From contig OX597836.1 in NCBI GenBank assembly GCA_951406725.2, forward strand, positions 47,616,001 to 47,680,000: DNA of 64,000 nucleotides, read 5' to 3'. The notes beneath the pieces are model-generated. The model had not been told where the DNA came from, made no database searches, and saw only the letters and a list, made by a program, of their open reading frames with translations. Shown piece by piece: positions 13,716-25,911 of the stretch (its first letter is position 1; every line of letters begins with the position of its first letter). A program made the position numbers and the translations under genes. Source of the DNA: Octopus vulgaris. Taxonomy: Eukaryota.

Positions 13716-13910
13716 TCACCATGATAGATCGCTTGCCACTACTCATTCTTTATTTTCTCTCCTTGTTTCTTTCTGTGTTCCTTTCTGTGGAAGAGCAAAG
13801 GCTCGAAACGTTAAAGACTTCTTCACTTCCCGAGTGTTAAACTAATACATCTGTTTGTTGTCTACACCACCTGTCTCCATCTTCTTTGTTTTTTGTGAAT
13901 TCTCCCCCTA
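13716..13910 (+). mobile_element. Penelope-like terminal fragment with hammerhead-like motif
   Basis: cttt-ctgtgga-a-gagc aaag gctc-gaaac-gtt-aaag; related copy at 63245-63475; embedded in microsatellite. Confidence 0.55.
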
Positions 13911-13912
13911 TG

Positions 13913-13963
<51 letters not shown>

Positions 13964-14900
13964 TGTAGATTGTACGATACATGTGTGCGAACTGCCATGC
14001 TTTACAGCAGTGAAACATGGGCTGTGACTGCTGAAGACATGCATAGGCTCAAAAGAAATGAAGCTAGTATGATTCGCTGGATGTGTAATGTCAGTGTTCA
14101 CACATGACAGAGTGTAAGTGCCCTGAGAGAAATGTTGGACATAAGCAACATTAGATGTGGTGTGCAAGAGAGATGACTGCACTGGTATGGTCATTGGTTA
14201 TGTATGGATGGAGAGAGCTGTGTGAAGAAGTGTCATTCCCTAACAGTGAAAGGAGACCATGGAAGAGAGGGACCCAGGAAGACACGGGATGAGGTGGTGA
14301 AGCATGACCTTCGAATGTTGGGCCTCAGGGAGGCAATGACAAAAGACTGAGATCTCTGGAGATATGCTGTGACTGAGAAGACCTGGCAAGTAAAGTGAGA
14401 TCACAGCTGTAGCCTACACCAGGGTTGCATAACCAGCCCACTTAAAAAAAGTATCTTTGGATTGCCAGGTGACATGCTGTGCTTCAGGAGACCTATTGAG
14501 TCAAGTAAATCAAAGTCAAATCAAATGAAAATTGTAGATGTGGCTGATACCGGAGCTGTCTGACTGGCTCCCCGTGCCAGTGTCACATAAAAAGCACCAG
14601 CCAAACGTGATCAATGCCAGCCCCCTCATCCCAACTAGCTCCTGTGCTGATGGCACATAAAAAGCACCATCCAAATATGGCCGATACCAGAGCTGCCTGA
14701 CTGGCCCCCATGCCGGTGGCACGTAAAAAGCACCCACTACACTCTCAGAGTGGTTGGTGTTAGGAAGGGCAGCCAGCTGTAGAAACATTGCCGACCAGAT
14801 TGGAGCCTGGTGTAGCCTCCTGGTTTGCCAGTCCCCAGTCAAACCATCCAACCCATGCCAGCATGGAAAACGGGCATTAAACAGTGATGATGATGATGAT
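13964..14900 (+). mobile_element. RTE-clade LINE 3' end, degraded
   Basis: RLYDTCVRTAMLYSSETW...RNEASMIRWMC with stops; same 3' UTR units and (GAT)n tail as 7631-8577. Confidence 0.93.
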
Positions 14901-14916
14901 ACACAGACACACACAC

Positions 14917-15300
14917 ATTTGCTTCCGAACCACATGGTTCAATCCCTTCATGTGGCACCATGGGCAAATGTCTTCTACTATAGCCTTGGGCCAACCAAAG
15001 CGTTGTGAGTGGATTTGGTAGATGGAAAACTGAAAGAAGCCAGTTTTATATATATATGTGTGTGTGTGTGTGAGTGTATGTGTGTACGTATTTGTATGTC
15101 TGTGTTTGTCCCCTCCCCCTCCATCGCTTGACAACCGATGTTGATGTGTTTACATCTCTGTAACTTAACGGTTCAGCAAAAGAGACTAATAGAATAAGTA
15201 CTAGGCTTACAAAGAATAAGTCTGGTGGTCGATTTGTTTGACTAAAGGTTGTGCTCCAGTATGGCCACAGTCAAATGACTGAAACAGATAAAAGAAAGAA
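14917..15300 (+). mobile_element. tRNA-derived SINE, major family, 5'-clipped
   Basis: Family core, central microsatellite and tail. Confidence 0.9.
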
Positions 15301-15474
15301 TATATACATATATATATAAGGCAATTATTTTAAAAGTTTAAATTATGAAGTTTAGTACCTGCAATTTATATCCAAGAGTACAATGAACCATTAGCAGAAG
15401 CCTGGTGGATCCACAAATGAATTCTTTTTTTTTAAATCTATGAAAAATTATGTGTCAATACGTCAGAACCATAC

Positions 15475-15609
15475 ATCATTGAAGTCATTGAAAAACGATG
15501 TCGTGTAATTTCCAAAGCAGTATTTGTGCAGCTTTGGTTTCCTTCAAAAGTACCAGAGTCTATTCTTCAACCTGTCAGACTAGCAAAACCCAGATTAGTG
15601 GGTTTCAAC
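15475..15609 (-). other. Candidate 135-nt exon (non-coding or start-codon exon) of a minus-strand gene
   Basis: Acceptor gttaacattatgttgttacag|G and donor GAT|gtatgg in non-repetitive DNA; stops in all frames, ends ATG ACT TCA ATG AT. Confidence 0.3.
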
Positions 15610-16020
15610 CTGTAACAACATAATGTTAACGGAAGTGTTGCTATGGCCAATGATTCACTGTTTATATAACAAAATCACTAAGCTGACAAAAATTTGCTTT
15701 ACATATATATGTGTGTGTGTGCGCGTGTATGTATGTACCTATGTTGGTGATTTTGTAAGTTTGTTAAACCGGGAAATAAAAAAACAGGACATGCTCAGGT
15801 AACACTGAGACAAAAAGGAAAAACAAATTAAAGGATGCAATGAATAAATGCTCTAATCGGTCAAAAGTAACTTTATAGCATTTCCCATATTACCACAATA
15901 TCAAACATAAATATATATTAAAAATATCAGGGCATATATTACACACACATTTAGGTATGGTGATGCAAAGAGGAAAAATAGATCTCAAAATATAACTATA
16001 TGTATATTTTTATTGATATT

Positions 16021-16133
16021 TAGCAGAGGGAACACACTCGCAAGGGCTGAGAGTTCCGTGCACTGGCACTTAAGTTTGTTAAGTGCCAATGCACAAAACT
16101 CTCAGCCCTTGAGTCACTCTGTTGCTTCTGCTA
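16021..16133 (-). ncRNA. Candidate structured RNA hairpin (pre-miRNA-like or ADAR substrate)
   Basis: 33-bp stem 16041-16073/16079-16111 with 5-nt loop; all three mismatches are G-U on the minus strand; weaker basal pairing tagcaga/tctgcta. Confidence 0.4.
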
Positions 16134-16288
16134 CACACACACACACACATATATATTAATATGTATACACGCAATAGAGCAAAAGGATAGGCAGTCAACA
16201 AGTATCAAGTCGGTGTGTAACATATTTATACATATACAAATGTAATGAACTTTTCACATCCCAGACTCTACTTGACTTTCTGCTAAAC

Positions 16289-16590
16289 CATCATGATCAT
16301 CGTTTAACGTCCGTTCTCCATGCTAGCATGTGTTGGACGGTTCGACCGGGGTCCGGGAACCCAGGAGGCTGCACCAGCCTCCAGTCTGATCTGGCAATGT
16401 TTCTACAGCCGGATACCCTCCCTAATGCCAACCACTCCATGAGCGTAGTGGGTGCTTTTTATGTGCCACCGGCACAGAGGCCAGGAGGTTGGCAATCGCC
16501 ATGATCCGTTGGTGTTTTTTATGTGCCACCAGCGCAGAAATCAGTTAAGGGGTGCTGGCATCGGCCACGTTCGGATGGTGCTTTTTACGT
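16289..16590 (-). mobile_element. RTE LINE 3' UTR fragment
   Basis: Same tail and hairpin units as 7631-8090. Confidence 0.9.
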
Positions 16591-16844
16591 GTGTATATAT
16601 ACCTTTACGTATATTTGCATTTCCCTTCAGTGTATCATATAAGTATAAAATATGTTATAAACTGACTTGAAACCTGTTGACTGCCTGTTTATGCTTTTGT
16701 TCTCCTATACATATACCAACTCGATAGATATGTTGATATCACGCACTTTCATGTAAAGCTGGGACTTAGGTGCAAATTCTGTCTGACCACTCAATGTATG
16801 CATCTTAGTATATCACTTGATATCTTACTACCCACAACTTTATA

Positions 16845-17055
16845 TACTCTTTACTCACTTTTACTATTTTGCTTGTTTCAGTCATTTGACTGTGGCCATG
16901 CTGGAGCACCGCCTTTAGTCAAGCAAATCAACCCCAGGACTTATTCTTTGGAAGCCTAGTACTTATGCTATCAGTCTCTTTTGCTGAACCGCTAAGTTAC
17001 GGGGACGTAAACACACCAGCATCGGTTGTCAAGCGATGCCGGGGGGACAAACACA

Positions 17056-17127
<72 letters not shown>

Positions 17128-17273
17128 CATACATACGACAGGCTTCTTTCAGTTTCTGTCTGTTCAGAGGATATAGTAGAAGACACTTGCCCAAAGTGCC
17201 ATGCAGTGGGATTGAACCCAGAACCATGTGGCTCGTAAGCAAGCTACTTACCACACAACCACCCCTACGCCTA
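16845..17273 (-). mobile_element. tRNA-derived SINE, major family
   Basis: Family consensus with long (AC)n centre and a small deletion. Confidence 0.92.
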
Positions 17274-17749
17274 TAGTTTGGGGAAGAAAAAGCAGTAGAT
17301 TTCAAAAACCATGATACTACCTACATTTCCTTTGGACACAAACTGTACCACAATGTATTCCTCAGAAATCATAATTTACTTAGTTAAATTCCATAATTAG
17401 TTTTCATGTCTGATTAGCAAGAGTCTTCATGTGAATTTGTGTTGAAACAAGTTTTGCTGTTTCTAGGGAGTCATAATTAGACTCTGATAGAGAGGTAAAT
17501 ATATTTACTATAAATAAATTTGGCTACAATGAACAATGTCAGTAGGACAACTGAAAAAACATATAAAGTTAAAAGCAAAATTACAAGAGAGTATTTCCAA
17601 ATACCAAACTATAACAATTTTTAAGATCAATACATTTCTTAATATTCTCCATTCCTGAGCTGGTATGAATCCAATAATCTCGAAATAGATTTAGACACTT
17701 GCACATTTGTCGTTTGCCACCAGGCAAATATGTAGTAATCTTCCATCGT

Positions 17750-18390
17750 TTTTACTTTTTTATTCGTTTCAGTCACTTAGACTCTGGCCATGCTGGGGCA
17801 CTTTTTTGATGAATTTTATTCAGATGCATCAACCCCAGGACATATTTTCTATTGAAGCCTGGTACTTATTCTGTCATTCGCTTTTGCAAAACTGCTTGTT
17901 TACAGGGATGTAAACACACCAACACCGGTTGTCAAGCAGTGGTGGGGGACAAACAGACCCACATAACGAGCTTCTTTCAGTTTCTAACCTCTAAATCCAA
18001 TCACATGGCATTGGTCAACAAGAAGCTACAGCCCAAACTACCATGCAGTAGAATTGAACCTGGAATAATGTGGTTGGGAAGCAAACTTCTTACCACACAG
18101 CCATCCCTGTGCCTATGTATGATTAAAATAGTTTGTTGTTTTCACTACCAATCCTGTATTGCAACTAAATGCGACTGAAAATGTGAATACATATGGTACA
18201 TCTGCGAATATATATATATATATATATATATGCAGACATGGCTGTATGGTACAAAGTTTGCTTCCCACCTATATGGTTCAGGTTTCAGTCCCACTGCATG
18301 GCACCTTCTGCAAGTGACTTCTACTACAGTATCAGGCTGACCAAAGCCTTGAGTGGATTTGGTAGATGGAAACTGAAAGAAGCCCATCAT
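17750..18390. mobile_element. Two old SINE copies head-to-head (17750-18115 minus, 18232-18390 plus partial)
   Basis: Diverged family head and core motifs in opposite orientation. Confidence 0.8.
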
Positions 18391-18415
18391 GTGAGTATAT
18401 ATGATGCTGATGATA

Positions 18416-18466
<51 letters not shown>

Positions 18467-18850
18467 TAACAATTGAAGATAAAATCTTTAAAAGAAATTA
18501 TAGTATCAGCGTGAAAAACCTCGTAAGAGAAAAAATCCGTAAAATATAAATTAATATTTTCAAAGAGGAAGAATTTATTTTCTCTTAGTTTTCATATACT
18601 ATAATTATATATTTATATTTTTACTGAATAGTTCAATATGAATTTTATTATATATGCATTGCGAAAAGCCCGCCATTTTCATAGATATGTAGGATACATG
18701 CTACGGAATTCTACGGTTGGCTATCGAGTTTGTAATGTTATGTTTTTCTTATATTTCTTGAGTTTGTTGCACTGACGAACATGAAATGCATATTCTGCAT
18801 TAAATGCGAAATCACATGTGATATGTAACTGAACACACACACACACACAT

Positions 18851-18885
<35 letters not shown>

Positions 18886-18986
18886 TATTATATATGTATG
18901 TGTCAAAATAATTGTAGTGATTTTAAATAGAAAATGGAATGAACAATATTCTCTATCATTTATTTATATATACACACACACACACA

Positions 18987-19774
18987 CAGAGGGTGTGATG
19001 GTTAAATTGTTACCATTTTATATCTTTAATTTCATGCATGTGCATTGTGTGTTTTTCATTTTGTTGACTGCACAGTATAGTAGGGTCAATTGGGAACCAT
19101 TTGTGAGAAAAACAGCACCATGATACAATTCACTCTAGCCAGAAATTTGGAAATGACACGCTGTGCTGCTTGGCATTCATGCCAGTGGCTCCAATACCAA
19201 CATGTACCAAGAGTGATAAAAATCAAACATCCAGTCAACATTATGGTGTTTGGAGTGATCACTAGTAATGGCGATGCTATGCCTCCATTCATCTTCTCAC
19301 ACAGCTTCACACTCAACACAGAGACCTACATCAAGTGACTGAAGGAGGCAGTGCTACCCTGGATCAAGAGGGTGGCTGCTGGAAGACCCTATATCTGGCA
19401 ACAGGACTCTGCACCATGTCACACAAGCAGGAGAACCCAGTCATGGCTATCAGACAATTTCTGTAACCACATCACCCCTAACATCTGGCCACCTAACTCC
19501 CCAGACTGCAACCCCCTTGATTATTATGTGTGGGGTGCAGTTGAGTGAGAGACCAACAAAAGATGAACTGAAGGAAAGGATTATGGCAGCATTCACCAAC
19601 CTAATCAAGGAGATAACCCAGAAGAGTTGCAGGAGATTCTGAAGTCATCTGGAGGCCATGGTTGAAACCAATGATTCAATTCAATTTACTCTTAAGTATT
19701 TCAAGATATTTTTATGTCATTTTGGAAAATATATCTGTTAAAATGAGATGTCCATGTTATTTCACCACACCCTG
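18987..19774 (+). mobile_element. Tc1/mariner DD37D (maT-type) transposon, internally deleted, dead
   Basis: IMVFGVI...WQQDSAPCH...WPPNSPDCNPLDYYVW with 37 residues between the 2nd and 3rd Asp; imperfect termini ca(ga)gggtgtg / cacaccctg-TA. Confidence 0.88.
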
Positions 19775-19794
19775 TATATATATACATACACGCG

Positions 19795-20186
19795 CTGTTT
19801 CAATCATTAGATTGTGGCCATGGTGGAGCACTGCCTTGAAGGATTTTTAGTCGAATGTATCAACCCCAGTACTTATTTTTCATAAGCCTCATACTTAGTC
19901 TATCAGTCTCGTTTGCCAAACCACAAAGTTACAGATATGTAAACACACCAGCACTGGCTGTCAGGTGGTGGTGGTGGGGAGATAATCACAGACACAATGA
20001 CACACACACATAAATATATACAGATATACAATAGGCTTCCTTCAGTTTCCGTCTACCAAATCCATTCACAAAGTTTTGGTTGGCCTGAGGCTGTGGTAGA
20101 AGACACTTGCTGCCATGCAGTGAGACTGAACCTGAAACCATGTGGTTGGGAAGCAAGCTTCTTATCACACTGCCATGCCTGTGCCT

Positions 20187-20187
<1 letters not shown>
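19795..20187 (-). mobile_element. tRNA-derived SINE, major family, old copy
   Basis: Diverged family consensus. Confidence 0.88.
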
Positions 20188-20231
<44 letters not shown>

Positions 20232-20449
20232 CATACACACGCATATATATAATTGATACTAATATTACACTAGTATAAAATGTTGCATTTATTCAATAGT
20301 GTTAGGTAGCAGGGAATAGTATTAACTGAAATCCATGTGTACCCGGGTTACTCAGTGGAGTTTCCTCGTGCTTTGTCCTCTGCCACCCAAATACCAACAA
20401 AAACAAGTTCTGAATAGTGACTCATTTTTAAGTTTGTGATTGTGTGGCT

Positions 20450-20803
20450 TTTCTCTTTTATACTCGTTTCAATCATTAGACGGCCATCCTGGGCACAAGC
20501 CTTGGAGAGTTTTTAATCAAAATAATCAACCCCAGTACTTATTTTTCATAAGCCTCATACTTAGTCTATCAGTCTCGTTTGCCAAACCACAAAGTTACAG
20601 ATATGTAAACACACCAGCACTGGCTGTCAGTGGTGGGAAACATACCAACACACACACACACAGGCTTCTCTCAGTTTCCGTCTACCAAATCAACTCATAA
20701 GGCTTATAGAAGAAGACACTTGCCTAAGGTGCCATACAGTGGGACTGAACCCAGAACCATATGGTTGGGAAGCAAGCTTCATACTATACAGCCATACCTG
20801 CAC
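20450..20803 (-). mobile_element. tRNA-derived SINE, major family, old copy
   Basis: Diverged family consensus; shares a 106-bp identical tract with the previous copy. Confidence 0.88.
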
Positions 20804-21399
20804 ACTATGTCCAACTCTTGCCCCAACCTCTCTCTTTTATCTAACATTCATTTGTTTCTCCCCAGCCAACTCATTTCAGACTCTCAATGGTTTACTTCTC
20901 CCATTCATCATTGACTGTTACAAATCCTCTCTTTTTACTGGTATGTATTTCTCTATCTCTCTCAATATTTACATTACAAAAAAATGTGTCAACATTTGAG
21001 TAGAAGACAAAAATAATACAAAGGGGTCGGGGAAATGTTTCCAGTATCTTTGGAGGTTTGACTATATCAAACTATTTTCGTTTAAATTTCTATACACTCT
21101 GACTTACATTTCTTGCAATCACATTTTATAATTTCCCTTTAAGATATAGCCACAAGTCAGCACCATACACTGATAATTTTATTCTACAACAATGATCACG
21201 TAGCTTCCTGGTTGTTCATTTTCTTGATATAAGACTTTTTTCCTCTCTGGTTTAACAAGAAAGAACACTTGCTTTTCAATTGCTTTCATAATAATTTGTT
21301 TCCATCAATAATGGCACAGAAAATATGTGCCACAACTCCAATGTCTTTTGTTGCCGAATGCAAGTGTGCTTCTGAGGGAAACAAACAGATGAACTGCCT

Positions 21400-22320
21400 C
21401 AATAAAGACTGCAAGCTCAATGCTGTTAGGAAATGCAGTTGGCAAGAAATTTGAGACTGATAGTGAACATGACACTATAAACAGAAAGCTACCAGACAGG
21501 GCTGTCCATAGACAAGTAGAAATGCCTGATGAACAACAGGTTCACCATGCATGCATTATGAATGCCCTCAAGAGTGTCAGGCCAGATAGAAAGCTCACGT
21601 ACCCACAGAAGCTGTGGAAAAGAGCTGCCTTCAAATATGATCCTGGGCATAAGTGCGCTTCTGAAAAAATAGTTTCAAATGGTATCTCATTAAAAATTTG
21701 TGACAAGTGCTTGAACAACAAATGGAAACAAGAGACAAGTGCAATATGCCGGTCCAATGGAAAAAGCTAATCTACCAGTTTTTATTGAGCTGCCAGAGCC
21801 CTTTTTACTGCCACCAGAGCCCTTTTTACTGCCACCACTAAGATCTATGCACTTTTAGAAGAACAACAGAAATCATAAGTCATGCAAACTTTTAAAGTAC
21901 AAGGGCAGATCTACCACAAAATCAGTTCACTTTAGCCCCTCCCAATGAAAAGCCTCCATTTCTGAAGCTGTACTTTGCTGTTGACTTGATGAGACAGGTT
22001 CTTAACAGAAACACTGTCTCCAAGTTTGACTTAATTTGTAAATTTCCAGAAATGTTCCATGCATAAAACAGTTATGTCAGGAGTTTCAACTATGCTTTGG
22101 AATCTGCATCTGTTCTGAAGTTTCAAATTGTTTAATGAAAATAAGAGGCCATCTGGAAAACTTATTTCAATGTACTTGAATGAAATGAGGTTGCTGTCAT
22201 TAGGAGTGGAAAGCTACATTACAAAAGAGATCTCATTTTGAAGCACACACACAGCACTCTTAAAAGTATAAATGAGATACATAGATCCTATGATGCAGTA
22301 TAATAATTTCAAATACCAAA
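21400..22320 (+). mobile_element. Helitron Rep/helicase N-terminal region, pseudogenised
   Basis: AAFKYDP...ICDKCLNNKWKQETSAICRSNGK, then LPEP, FKVQGQIYHKISSL, FLKLYF, NSYVRSF, NEVAVI, SYDA: ordered Helitron N-terminal motifs with frameshifts. Confidence 0.8.
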
Positions 22321-22877
22321 ACAAAAAACTGTTGTCACTTTCAATTCTGGAGCCTTCTATATTAATATTTCCATGCCTCTTCCTTTTCAGAATCACTAAA
22401 TGCACTATTATTCCATTTACACACACTTCTTACACACAACATCTTGGTTAGCTCTCATGTGTTGTCTTGCAATTCAGAAACACCTGCTCTTGCCATCACC
22501 CGATGGTTATAAGCAAGCGTCAATGTTATACATGCGATGTTGTTCCTTTCCAGTCTTTCACGGAAAACATGGCTGGCCACGAGAAAATATCTACTGTGCT
22601 CGGGAAAAGGAAAGTCTGGTGACAGAAAGCACTTCTGGGTATATGAATTCCGTGTGACCCATGCAAACACAGAAAAGTGGATGTTATGATAAGGATGGTG
22701 GTGATGATGATGATGATGTGTGCACACGCTGAAACTGAGAACAGATGTAAAACTATATTAAAGACATAATTATCAAGTCACAGAGGCAAATTAAATATCA
22801 CTGAAAAGTAGAAGAAAATTAATGATAACTGTGCAAAGACAGAAGCTGTATGAATGAATGAATGGATGAACAATAAC

Positions 22878-23050
22878 CGTTGATCTTCTGATACATCACC
22901 ATTATAAATCAATGTCTGCTGATTTACTGCCACGGGTACTTCCGATGTAAATACACTGCTGCCACTGGGCTGCAAGTCAGCACTGATCTGAGAAGAACTA
23001 TGATGAAAAAAGTTCCCCACATGACCATCATGTATCTTATTTAGTGGCAT
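22878..23050 (-). CDS. Candidate first coding segment of a minus-strand gene (MPLNKIHDGHVGNFFHHSSSQISADLQPSGSSVFTSEVPVAVNQQTLIYNGDVSEDQR), product unknown
   Basis: Non-repetitive ORF, ATG in aaattATG context, inside a candidate exon 22878-23302 with a strong poly-U acceptor; donor CG|gttatt is weak; upstream ATGs exist. Confidence 0.3.
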
Positions 23051-23302
23051 AATTTATTGAACGTATCCCTTTCTTTTTATTTTATTTTTTTTTTTTTTTT
23101 AAGACTGTAGAGTGCATTTTGAGAATGATACGGCCAAGTGGCCACATAAAGGCTCCTTCAGCGACTTGAGGAGAATTGAGGTACTGCTTGGTAGACACAA
23201 AGGTGTATAAATGTATAACAAATTGCTGGACCATAAACACATGGACTACAGACCAATAAGGTGGTCTTTGAAGTGGTAAAAATAGCAGCTGCAAACTACT
23301 GT

Positions 23303-23532
23303 CTTAAAAAAAAAAAAAAAAAAAAGAAAGAAAGAAATAAAAAGCATTACATAATGCAGACCTATATTATGGCTACAATGCTTTTCATCATATGCTTGCT
23401 GAATCAGAGCTGACCTGCAACAAATCAAGAAATTGTTTTCAATTAGAGGGGAGTGGGGGGAGGAAAAGGAAGAGAGATAAAACAATAAAACAGGAAATTA
23501 CTGAACACAAGAAGGAAAAAGTTGTAACTTAC
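23303..23532 (-). other. Candidate ~230-nt 5' UTR intron
   Basis: Donor AAT|gtaagt at 23532; long polypyrimidine tract then aag|acag|tag acceptors at 23303/23299/23296. Confidence 0.45.
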
Positions 23533-25146
23533 ATTGCTGAGTAACTAATCAAAATGAGTTTGTTGTTGCTGCTGCTGCTATAGGTAGTATAAGAGAGGAT
23601 GTAGAAGAACTAGAAGGAGAGAGTATCAGCAAAGAGATGGAGTGGTCTGTTGGTGAGGTGAATGAAAGATTAATAGGATAGGAAGATAAAATGCTCTGGA
23701 CTGCAAAAGAGCTCTTGCACGTGCTAGAGTCAAGAAACAACTGATGTAGCAATGGATCAGCTAAAAGTTTACAGTTGGTACACATCCTGAAAGTGGAGGA
23801 AGAGTCACTCCTCACTTTATAAAATTTCAAATAAATACTCTCTCTCTCTTTCTGTAAGTGTGTATTTGTCTCTCCCTCTCTCTCTCTCTCTCTTTGTTGT
23901 TGTCAGCCTGTATTTGTCCAAGCACAACTGTAAACAAGAAAGAGGCACAAAGGCCTACAGAAACAATTATTTATTTATCCAGTTTAGGAACTGCCAATGT
24001 TCTGCGGTATATTTGTCTTTCCTACATCATGGTGAATGTTTGTGCGGCCTGGGCATTTTTAACTGTAAAAAAGAGAAAGAGAATATTGAAGAGATCAAAA
24101 AGGAATTATTAATGTTTGTTTTCATTTAAAATATATATATAAGAAAAACTAAATTCAATACTTTTCAGTAGAGTGCCTCATTCATTCTATCTGGGGAAGA
24201 GTTAAGTGACTTCAAACTTTCAGCCTAATTACCATCATCTTTTCTTGAGATGTGTTTAAGCGTTATAACTTCAACAAAATATGTGTTTTGATATTGAATT
24301 TTGAACTTTTACAAGTAAAAAAAAAAGATTATGCGTTATTCAGCAGAGGAGGGCAGTATCCATAATCATATTTTTTCATGGTTTCTGGGTTTCATGATGA
24401 AGAGAAACTTTAATTCAGATTAACCTTGGCTAAGAAGCTTAGTCCAAATGTTTGCAAGAGAGTGGAATGTGTTAAAAGCAGCAAAAGGCTAAGTGGCTAA
24501 GTCTACCACCAAATAACAGTACAACCCATCAAATGAGTTTCTGCAGGTTTGGGTCTTATTTGAAGCAGAAGAGATGTTGCACAAACTTAGACACACAGAC
24601 AGACCTGCAAAATTGCTTATGAAACAAAAATTAAAATTACAGATTAACAATTAAAGAATTGTTACTAGAATCTCAATCCGAACTGAATAATCTCCATGAT
24701 TTATTCCTTGACAAACCTTCAGTTATTAAGAACTGAATTTCAGATTAAAGCTGAAATATAATCAGAAATGTTGCTGTTGATTTCTGATCAAGGAAACTTA
24801 AATTATGAGCAAATACGTTCCAGCCATGACCATGCCATCTAATTTTCATACAATATATTGATGACATCATTATCCAATGAGTCCTTCCTTTCCTAAGGAT
24901 GTTGTTTGAAGGCAACTTTGCTGCTATAAGAGGTGCCCTCACTGATTTGGATATTAATTAGGTGCCAAATATATTTAACTTCCAAGTGTATTTAGATTGA
25001 ATTCAAATAAATGAATTCGCTTTATTTCTTATTAATCTAATTAATTTTTGAGGTAATTACAAACAAATACTTCAGAAGTAAACCATCGTAGCATTTATTT
25101 TACAAAGAAAGAAAAAAAACTCTTCAAAAATATTTAAATTAAAATA

Positions 25147-25545
25147 TAGGCGTAGGAGTGGCTGTGTGGTAAGTAGCTTGCTAACCAACCACATGGTTCC
25201 GAGTTCAGTCCCACTGCGTGGCATCTTGGACAAGTGTCTTCTGCTATAGCCTCGGGCCGACCAATGCCTTGTGAGTGGATTTGGTAGACGGAAACTGAAA
25301 GAAGCCTGTTGTATATATGTATATATATATGTGTGTGTTTGTGTGTCTGTGTTTGTCTCCCTAGCATTGCTTGACAACCGATAATGGTGTGCTTACGTCC
25401 CCGTCACTTAGCGGTTTAGCAAAAGAGACCGATAGAATAAGTACTGGGCTTACAAAGAATAAGTTCCGGGGTCAATTTGCTCGACTAAAGGCGGTGCTCC
25501 AGCATGGCCACAGTCAAATGACTGAAACAAGTAAAAGAGAGAGTA
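25147..25545 (+). mobile_element. tRNA-derived SINE, major family, young full-length copy
   Basis: Intact head aggcgtaggagtggctgtgtgg, CpGs retained, tail gtaaaagagagag. Confidence 0.95.
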
Positions 25546-25911
25546 TAGGAGAAGCTAAAGAACTTATGCAATGATAAATATTCTTAGTGTTTGCCTATTT
25601 CCATTGTTTTCCTAAAAGCAGAAAACCCTGAGAATTCAAACTGCTTCTATCTAAACATTTTTAGGTGCCTGATTGAAATATCCAATTTATAAAAGGTTGA
25701 ATCACATCCTATGCTGGAGCTTTTGCATCTATACGCATGCAAGGATGAGGATGTGGCTGTGAAGAGTTTGTGCATGCACATCTTTATATTGCAATGTATA
25801 AACAAGAGGGCCTGCAGCAGGTTATAGATCTTCAATGAGCCAATCACTGGTTTTTCAAAGTCTTACTGAGGTTCATATATTTTACTGATAACCATCAGCA
25901 AAAGATAAACA

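Noticed and set aside
13109-13845. Many YI/CV/HT-rich ORFs here and at 45326-45832, 51848-52273, 28170, 29897-30346
   Set aside because: Translations of dinucleotide microsatellites
15467-15615. Plus-strand 49-codon open frame (PYIIEVIEKRCR...)
   Set aside because: Weak acceptor, no recognisable motif, length compatible with chance
23549-23830. 93-aa Ser-rich minus ORF
   Set aside because: Non-ATG start, low complexity, stops before the donor; more likely 5' UTR
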